A stretch of 61,581 bases of DNA, filler included, from Sluysia triapertura (lineage: Eukaryota), in the NCBI GenBank assembly GCA_046118255.1. It is 4 parts of 4 records of this genome, joined end to end, with 100 filler letters (N's around TTAATTAATTAA, not from the genome) between each part and the next. Parts side by side here need not be neighbours in the genome. Positions count along the whole stretch, not along the records: positions 46,435 to 61,581 come from JBJNIA010237775.1; 3 more parts are not named here. One strand, given 5' to 3'. Positions 53,201-61,581 of this stretch are shown piece by piece. The notes beneath the pieces were generated by a model, which saw only the letters and a program-made list of their open reading frames with translations, did no database searches and had not been told where the DNA came from. Positions within the stretch are counted from its first letter, which is position 1. Every line of letters starts with the position of its first letter. Position numbers and translations under genes: made by a program.

Positions 53201-56200
53201 ATTTTTATATCTCAAAACACTTAAGTTCACAAGTTTTCAACATCCCAAACGTACCTTCAGTTAAAACCATCAATTTAACTTTAAAAATTCATTTAAAACA
53301 TTTCATTCATTATCCTTTGACATTAGAATCACAATTACATCTCAAATTATCAAATTTACGTCTTAAAATTTAATTCAAAATGTTTCAAGTTTACAATCAT
53401 TAACACTCAATCTCTAATACCATTGAAGACATTAAATTAATACTCTGACATTGCAAGCAAATTACTACTTCTTTAACATCTTCAATTACATATTACTTTC
53501 TTCAATCATTCTTCCATCAATTCTCGCTACATTATATATCTCAGTAATTATTAAATAAAGTTTCTGTTAAAAATTTTAATATGTCCAGAACAAGAAAGAT
53601 TGCGTTTTTGTTATTTTTAAAAGATGTGTCTTTATATTATTATCATTTGAACAATTTTTATTATCATCACCATTTTGATTATTATTGTTTCGGACACTTG
53701 ATTATTTTAATCATTATTATTTGGTCTCATTATTGCAATATTAAACACATTCTAGTAATTGCCAGCGGTTGACAGTTAATAAACAAAGTAGAATCAATAG
53801 TACATACTGTCAACCACTGACAGCTGGTTATCGTAATTACTAATTCTGTGCTTCCATTGGTCGTCCAACAAGAATTAACATTGCTGTCTTGTCTTACTTT
53901 CTGGTTAAACAACCAATGATGGTTGCACAGTTAACATCATAGCAGTGTTGCGGATTAATATTCATTAGGGAGCTATTTTTAGAATTATGACAGCCAACAT
54001 TTTGTAAAAATTTTTATTGATTAAACTTAACATATTTAGAATTTAATTTTATGATCAGATGTTGAAAAATAAAAATGAACTTAGAACTACAGTAGTAACT
54101 GATGAAATCATTGATGTAGTTCAAGAATAACGTAAAAAATTAAAGAATTCTATTGTTATTAAAAGAGAAGTGATGTAGATGGGTTATTAATAGAAAATTT
54201 TGAATTTATTGAGCAAGAATCGGCAAAATTATGACAAATTCGTGATCTAAAACCTTTTATAGAAAAAGTTCGTTTTCTTAAATTTTATATTGGACGTAAT
54301 TATGTTGAAATTAAAAACAAAAATAAATTATACCGTGGTTATGTAAAATTATTAAATCATGCTATAAAACGTCGATATGTGTTTAACTGGACTCCATTAC
54401 AACAAAATTTTTGCGTGAAAGATGAAAATGAATTAACAAATATTCTTTACATGGGTGATGAGCATGACGTAAAATTTGTTGAAGAATTATTAAATAATTA
54501 CGATGGTAAATTGTACGGAAACTTTCCTTTTAATTTTGCTGAAAGATTATTTAGTGATTTATTGAAGAATCTTAATGATAATCACCATTGGAAAAATCAT
54601 TAAATTGTAAAGTATTAGATGAAAGTTCTACTGCATGTCCAACTATAATACATAAAATTGTTGCAGAGGTGGTTATGACAAATTAATAAATCGTAATTTG
54701 GATATTTTGAATTCTAATGAACACGTTGCAGACAAAGTTACACCGAATTTTGATAATGAGTCAGAAATTTAAAGATAACATAAAAGTAACAAATTCCAAA
54801 GTAAGTAGTAAAACATTAGGGCATAGCCGTGGTGAAATAATTCATACATTCCGATCATTAATCTGTCGTCGCTGCTTTAAGTACGATTATATTATGCATC
54901 CATACAGATGATCAATTTCAATGTATAATAAGCCATCCTATTCTAATACAGTTATAGTCATCATTAATCGACAAAAGCCGGACTTCGACACGACAATGTA
55001 TTAATACATAACGAAAGTGAAATTAGTAACTGTGAACTGAATTTAAATAATATGTCCAAGATCGTAAATATTCTTGGTTGGATGTCAGACTTGACAGATT
55101 ACCATCGGAGGATCCATGAACTGGTATTAATCTTGATGGCAGTTCCCGCTTACAATAGCAACGATTATGATTCAAAAGTAATTCTGATTTTTAATTCTGT
55201 CTACATGTTTACTACTATAACTATTCATTTATATGCTTTATTTTTCTTTAAGAGTTTAGAAAAACTGTTGCCGAGACATGCTCAGAAAATGATTAACGTG
55301 GAAAAGAGTTTAAATATAAATGTCAGAAATTTTTTAAATATAAATAAAATATATGTTAATTTTCTTTGTTGCTTGGTTGATTATATTACAGAGTTAAATT
55401 TAATTAAACATATTAAAGATTTTATAAACTTTGAACTTTTTATAATATTAAAAATAAATTATGTGAAAAAATTAGTTAACAAATATAGATGAAATTTAAA
55501 ATTAAAAATTTTAAATAGTAAATTTCAGTTAATACCACAACATTTTTAGAGTTTCAGAAATTGAAATATTCCGAATTAAAATCAATATTTCACAGTGAAA
55601 GCTGTTACTTTCTAATTTTATGGAATCATGTAGTGTGCACATCACTTGATGTTTTTAGAAGAACCACATATTCTGGCCATTGAGAAATAGCGAACTGAAA
55701 CTAGAAAGCATCTCCTATTCTTATCTTATTGATAATGCTTCAATAAGAATAAATAGATCGAAGAATTAGAACTAACTTCCGTAATTTTCCGTTGATCGAA
55801 CATGTTGAAACTTATGAATTAATGATTATTGTCAAAAAATATTTCTCAAATCATCCGAAAGACCTCATTTCTAGAAGCAGGGAAGACCTGGCAAGCAGGT
55901 GGAGGAAGTTATGTTTTGCTAAATTATTGTGAAATAGGGTATTAGACCTACTACTTAATGAACATACTGTAAAAGGTGTCAGAACTGAGAAGTTTACTAA
56001 GATTGACTGTGAAAATATCGATTGATTAATTTGCACGTTTTAATTTGAACACTTACTCATTTTCCAAATGTTTATCGCAGGCTTGCGACGTGGAGATTGA
56101 AGATGTTCTTGATTCAACATTGAATGTGATACCTTTTGAATTTTAATAAAGTAAGAAATATTGATATAATAAAATTTTATTTCTTTGTTATTTCATTTAT

Positions 56201-59200
56201 TCAGAGCCGTGTTAAATACCTTGAACGCTTCGTTTGGTGCTGGATGTTCGGGGATTCTTGTGACGTGAGTATTTTATTATTTTTATTGAATGCCTTAAAA
56301 ATAGAATAATAAAATTTTAATGAGGAATTTAATAAGGAATTATTGTTANNNNNNNNNNNNNNNNNNNNNNNNNNNNNNNNNNNNNNNNNNNNNNNNNNNN
56401 NNNNNNNNNNNNNNNNNNNNNNNNNNNNNNNNNNNNNNNNNNNNNNNNNNNNNNNNNNNNNNNNNNNNNNNNNNNNNNNNNNNNNNNNNNNNNNNNNNNN
56501 NNNNATAATGATAAACATTAGAGGCAATACACATTAATTTACGAAGATAAAATGTGAATTAACACTTGTCTTGGATTCACACAATTATAAATATTATTCT
56601 CAAAGGGTTCGCCTATAATCCCACGATTGTTATCTTATGGAAGACACGGTCATAGGATTTAGTTCAAATACTTCTTCAGTGAGAGTATTGTTTATTAATT
56701 TCAATCCTTAATTTATCTTATCGTATTTTCTTTTATACAATTGATTTCATTAATTCTAAACAAATAATTCTTCTTAACAATTGACGAATAATTAGCAACA
56801 GGCAAGTTATTTAACAGATAAACACAAAAATTATTATGAATCGATTAACAAAATAAGATTTAAATTTAATCAGTTTACTTTAATAATTCTTTGAAAGGTA
56901 GTTAGCTATTTTCTATGTCGATAAATTTTCATTTAAAAGCGAAGTTAATCAATAAAAGTTTAATAAACACAACAATCATATTATTTGCAAAAATAATAAT
57001 TAATAAAATGGATACTAAGGTGTGGTGGCCCGGCCCACACCTATCTACGTATCATATAAATCATAACGATCATCTACACAAACCTCATCACAAAAAATAC
57101 ATTATAACAAATCTTATCCACATCACTCGCAACATCACACCACTCATCCTTACAAAATTTCAAACCTCTAATAAAAATTATTTTATTAAACTCAGTGTTC
57201 ATTGTCATTTTGTCATCACTATGACACACTATCCTTTTTATTGTGTCTCCCAATTTTTCATTTTTATCTTTTTACGATTTATTCTTGTTAAAGTGCAATT
57301 AGTCATATTACTATTGTTAAAGATCGTATTCAATCTCCTTATTGAATGTTTTATTTAATTTCAATTATTGAATAGTTCCCGCTTTAAAATTTGCAGCAGC
57401 TTCAGAAAGAAAAATGGATAAATGAATTGAAGAAGTTAAATTATCAATGATTTTATCTAAAAATAAATAACTCAATCGAATCAACACGTCAAGTAGTAAT
57501 TATAGTGACGTCGAAATTTGAACAATTAGTACTAAAACAAGATGAGATTGTGAAAATAATTGAAGAACAGAAACTGATACCATCAAACGATATAATACGT
57601 TTTATTAGAATGGAACTTCAAAAGTCTTTAGTTATTGTTAAAGAGTTTTAAAATTTGTACATAGTAGAAAAACATTCTTTGAAATTATCCCCAATATAGA
57701 ACAGAAATCTTTTAATTGGAAATGCCGAAAATAGTAAATAAATTCAATGTATATGTCAGTTTAATTCTTTTAATCCACAGCTAGACATAAATTCGAACTT
57801 TAACTTAAATGGAGATATGATCGTCAATGTCATTAATCTTACTATTATTTCTTTAGTGATAGAATATAATATTTCAAAATTCAGTTATTTGGATTTGAAT
57901 TTTTTGGACATTTCAGTTTATTTTATTAAGGTTAAACACTAAAATAATTACAACGAAATATTACTTTACAAATAATTTACTTTTAGTGCTACCAATAATA
58001 TTTTATTGACAAGATTTCATTAGTTATTATTTTGGCAAATAAAAATTGTCGTTTAAATATTAAGTTGATAAAATGCAAAAAAAAATTTGAAATAATTTAA
58101 AAATATTAAACTGCTGCTGATGATGAAGATATAATTCCAAATTTGAAGTAAAACATTGAAAAATTCGTACGAAAAGTTTTGAAAGATTGAAATGACTGAA
58201 ACAGTAACATATAATCCTAGAATTCACGAAACATGGAATTTTACATCGGTTGATTCTGGTTCAAGTGAACATCAGTTTTTTACGAATGCTACTTCGAGTA
58301 AATTTAGCGGATTTTCAAATGATATAAGTAGTACTTTCGATGAAATTAATCAACAGACAAAAATTCTCAACGATTTTCATCAGATTTTAATCGTACTTCA
58401 TTGCTTCTGAAAATTCGTACAGACACGCCTATATTTAAAATACCATTTAAGGAAAATGATACGCATATTTTAGATGTAAGTGGTAATCAACTTTTACATG
58501 AAATCGAAATATTATCAAAAGGTAGACATCCATACATTGCTCGGTGTTACCGAACTTGGATTGAATTTCAATCAGTTGTAAAACAATAAAAAATCCTTTT
58601 GGGTATTCTATTTATGATCACATTAAAAACTGTTTAAAATAAAGCTTCACTTGTGAAATTAAAGAAGTATTTGTAATAAAAATGATTTCTAATATTCTGT
58701 CAGCTATATATTATTTATTTGATAATGCTATTAATGTTAAAAACATTTGGGTACAAACATATATAATTGTGAATTCATGTCTAAGATTAGAAATAACAAT
58801 TTTGTTATTTTTGTTTTATATAATTTTGAAAATGCACTAACCAATTTTGAAGACAAACAATGTTATATTAAATAAGGATATATTTGAATTTATATTTCCA
58901 CAAAAAGTCAGTTTTAATTTTAATTTAAGTCTCGAAGTTTTAATTCAAAATGTTATATCTCAAAGTACAAGGACCACTTTGAAAGCTGTAAAGCTTATTA
59001 ATCTTAACTCTATTTTAAGTCTTAAAGTTTTAATTTAAATTTTAAAGTTTTCGATTTTAAATATATTTTAATCTTTAAGGTTTATGAAGGCCTTTGTATC
59101 GATTTCAGATTAAAGTATACTGATAAATTGAGTAGTATACTGATCTTAAAATTTTATAAAGTTAAATAAGTTAATTCGAATAATATTAATAGCTTTAGAG

Positions 59201-60694
59201 AGATTGTGTATTTAAATTTTAAAAGTTACAGGCAGTATACTTATTATATTGAATATTTCCTATCATTTATTTTCGTAAACCTCGTTACATGGTTTTGAAA
59301 TACATTTCTCCTTGTGCAACAGTTTCATACTACGTTAACATATATGTACTAGAGAATGATAGAATCTTGGATCACCTGTATTTGGAAAATCGGAATGGTA
59401 CCAAAGAACTTGAANNNNNNNNNNNNNNNNNNNNNNNNNNNNNNNNNNNNNNNNNNNNNNNNNNNNNNNNNNNNNNNNNNNNNNNNNNNNNNNNNNNNNN
59501 NNNNNNNNNNNNNNNNNNNNNNNNNNNNNNNNNNNNNNNNNNNNNNNNNNNNNNNNNNNNNNNNNNNNNNNNNNNNNNNNNNNNNNNNNNNNNNNNNNNN
59601 NNNNNNNNNNNNNNNNNNNNNNNNNNNNNNNNNNNNNNNNNNNNNNNNNNNNNNNNNNNNNNNNNNNNNNNNNNNNNNNNNNNNNNNNNNNNNNNNNNNN
59701 NNNNNNNNNNNNNNNNNNNNNNNNNNNTAATAGTAATAGTAATAAAATGATAGTAATAATGATAATAGTCATAATAATAGTAATACTACTAATAGTAATA
59801 GTAATAATAATAATATTGATAACAATAATAATAATGAATGATATTCCATTATTATGGTGGTCCTGTCGTACGAACAAATGATATTAATAAACTTTGATTT
59901 GAATTGTGTTTGTTTGCCTATATAGAAAGTAAAGAAAATAGTATATAAATGTTTTCTGTGACAGGTTCGTGATGACTCGAGGACACTACAACGTGGGCAC
60001 GATCTGCAATGCTGTATTGTGTGGACTAGTCGGTATCACAGGTATTTCATCTATTTTATTTACTTATTTGAATGATGCTCTGCAGCAGGGTGTGCGCTTG
60101 TCGAGCCCTGGGAAAGCTTCGTGATTGGGCTTATCGGCGGGACACTAGTGTCTCCAGTAGAGAAGTTGTTGGAAATAGTCCGTATAGACGATCCAGTTTC
60201 TGCAACCGCAGTCCACGGTGTTGGAGGTATTTGGGTTAGTATTTCCTTAATGAAAGAGGATTAATTCAAATTTTATTATCATGTATGCTGCTCTTTCATC
60301 ACGACTTCCAAAAGCGACGCTATCATCCTTAATTTATTAAAGATATTCTTTTGTCAGCAGTATCGTGTTACTTATCGAACGTAAATAATATTTAATAATT
60401 GTCATACGAAACGACAATTTCGTAAGAAAATTTCCAAACAACGACGACACTGTCAAGGGGTTAATAAATGACCTATTGATCTTTCAATTTGATATTTTTC
60501 AAATTCAGCAGTACTTGAAATATTTCTAATGTTCAGATATTGATAATTATCTTGAAACAATGCTTGTATTATTCATAATAATTATTATAATAATAATTAA
60601 CATTATTATTATTATCATTAATATCATTATTATTATCATTATAATTATCATAATTAGAATTATCATTATTATTATTATTATCATCAATATTGTC

Positions 60695-60725
<31 letters not shown>

Positions 60726-61429
60726 CGACCTTTTCTTAATTATTATTGGCTTGATAGCTATAATTCTTATGGCTCATGTAACCACTGCAATAATCTTAGC
60801 ATTTGGGAAAGTTTCTTAGAATGTCTCAAGAAAATCCTAGTTTTATCCAAAAAATTATCTGCATTCTGATTGGCCCAGAATACAACGACCTTGAGAATTA
60901 TAAAACTAGTGGAGTCTGCTGGGCCTTATTTATTAGCTTTTTTGACTTGTATTGTGCAGTGTCACTTGATGCGTATTATATATGTTATTATGACAATTAG
61001 ACTGTGCACACATGCGGGTGTTCGTGTCAGCATGAAGACTGTCCCTGGGTTACATTTAATGTGACATGAGACACTGAGTTTTGATGCGACTCCTTACCTT
61101 GTCCAAGGAGTAGGATCTTAAAATACTGCTGACATTGTGTATGATGTTTCTTGGAGATCTATTTCTTCCAAAAAGATGAGATAAACAAAATTAATCCAAT
61201 TCTGAAAATCTGAAAATGATTTGAGATCTGTCATATTTTATATTATCCATTTCTAAATAAGGGACTTCTGGCAGTTGGTGTGTTTTGCGATATCGATCAG
61301 CTGGAAGACATGACTCGTGGAAGTGTCGGACTGATTCATGGTGGAGGATGGCGATGTTTCGGGGTTCAGTTGCTAAGCACTGTTGCTATTATGATATGGA
61401 GTTCTCTTTCTACCTTGGTGATTTTCGGG
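50296..61429 (+). CDS. amt: Ammonium transporter (Amt family), partial multi-exon gene
   Basis: Exons 50296-50486, 50826-51042, 51731-51872, 51910-51981, 56205-56264, 59965-60041, 60086-60234, 61262-61429. Motifs GFGLLESG, MMKNVID, QLSFATTATTIVSGSMAER, DIAGSGAVHLLGG, LWWGWLAFN, GLVGITAGC, IDDPVSATAVHGVGGIWG. Confidence 0.95.
53070..53350 (+). repeat. Upstream block shared by cassettes A and B (copy B)
   Basis: Reverse-complement match to 15250-15650. Confidence 0.8.
53760..53999. repeat. Inverted-repeat array (cassette B leader)
   Basis: Stems at 53760-53776/53806-53822 (15 of 17 paired) and 53846-53930, plus a weak third at 53945-53999. Confidence 0.8.
54060..54911 (+). pseudogene. EZH2: Intronless, frameshifted Enhancer of zeste N-terminal half (no CXC or SET); cargo of cassette B, inside an Amt intron
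   Basis: VFNWTPLQQNFCVKDENELTNILYMGDE..FVEELLNNYDGKLYG and [23 protein letters not shown] match E(z)/EZH2 [43 protein letters not shown] and [22 protein letters not shown]. Confidence 0.92.
54970..55492 (+). pseudogene. Shared unknown C-terminal domain, copy B, with a candidate 75-nt intron at 55178-55252
   Basis: SNCELNLNNMSKIVNILGWMSDLTDYHRRIHELV..YNSNDYDSK|SLEKLLPRHAQKMINVEKSLNINVRNFLNINKIYVN..LIK aligns almost without gaps to copy A once GTAATT..TTTAAG is removed. Confidence 0.78.
58401..58800 (+). pseudogene. Decayed intronless protein-kinase-like (pseudokinase) fragment in an Amt intron
   Basis: LLHEIEILSKGRHPYIARCYRTWIE (subdomains III-IV), then after a frameshift GYSIYDHIK..MISNILSAIYYLFDNAINVKNI (V-VIb). 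HRD and DFG are absent. Confidence 0.6.
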
Positions 61430-61460
61430 GTTGGTAATTGAAATGAATTTTTTATGTAAA

Positions 61461-61497
<37 letters not shown>

Positions 61498-61581
61498 GTA
61501 ATAATAATAGTAATATTAGTAATAATAATAGTGTAAAGATTAAAATACATTAATTTTTGTAAATAATTTTTAATTTTCGTA

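Noticed and set aside
54975-55030. GLRHDNVLIH as a kinase catalytic loop in the shared domain
   Set aside because: Not conserved in copy A and no other kinase motifs follow.

Overview
Very AT-rich, (AAT)n-rich metazoan genomic DNA, probably spiralian or flatworm-like (inferred from 37-44-nt minimal introns; the taxon cannot be fixed from the sequence). Four scaffold pieces are joined by artificial 100-bp N/TTAATTAATTAA/N linkers, so linkage across 20141-20240, 31617-31716 and 46335-46434 is unproven. Host genes recognised from spliced exons: neuron navigator/UNC-53 (minus strand), one PAQR3 exon, one FAM13-type exon, two rotatin exons, a secreted triple C-type lectin and an Amt ammonium transporter. 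The most unusual signal is a family of decayed cassette loci. Copies A (minus, about 12.9-15.65 kb) and B (plus, about 53.1-55.5 kb) share an upstream block, an array of long inverted repeats and an unknown ~150-190-aa C-terminal ORF, but carry different intronless host-gene cargo in between: CCA-adding enzyme in A and the N-terminal half of Enhancer of zeste in B. Two weaker relatives lie at 47.2-49.1 kb and 19.3-19.9 kb. Also present: two 160-bp TG..CA elements with 4-bp target-site duplications and an internal tRNA-like gene, a rhophilin/Gypsy-integrase/FN3 chimera, a decayed pseudokinase, and pogo- and piggyBac-type DNA transposon remnants. All alignments were done by eye, with reference sequences recalled from memory.
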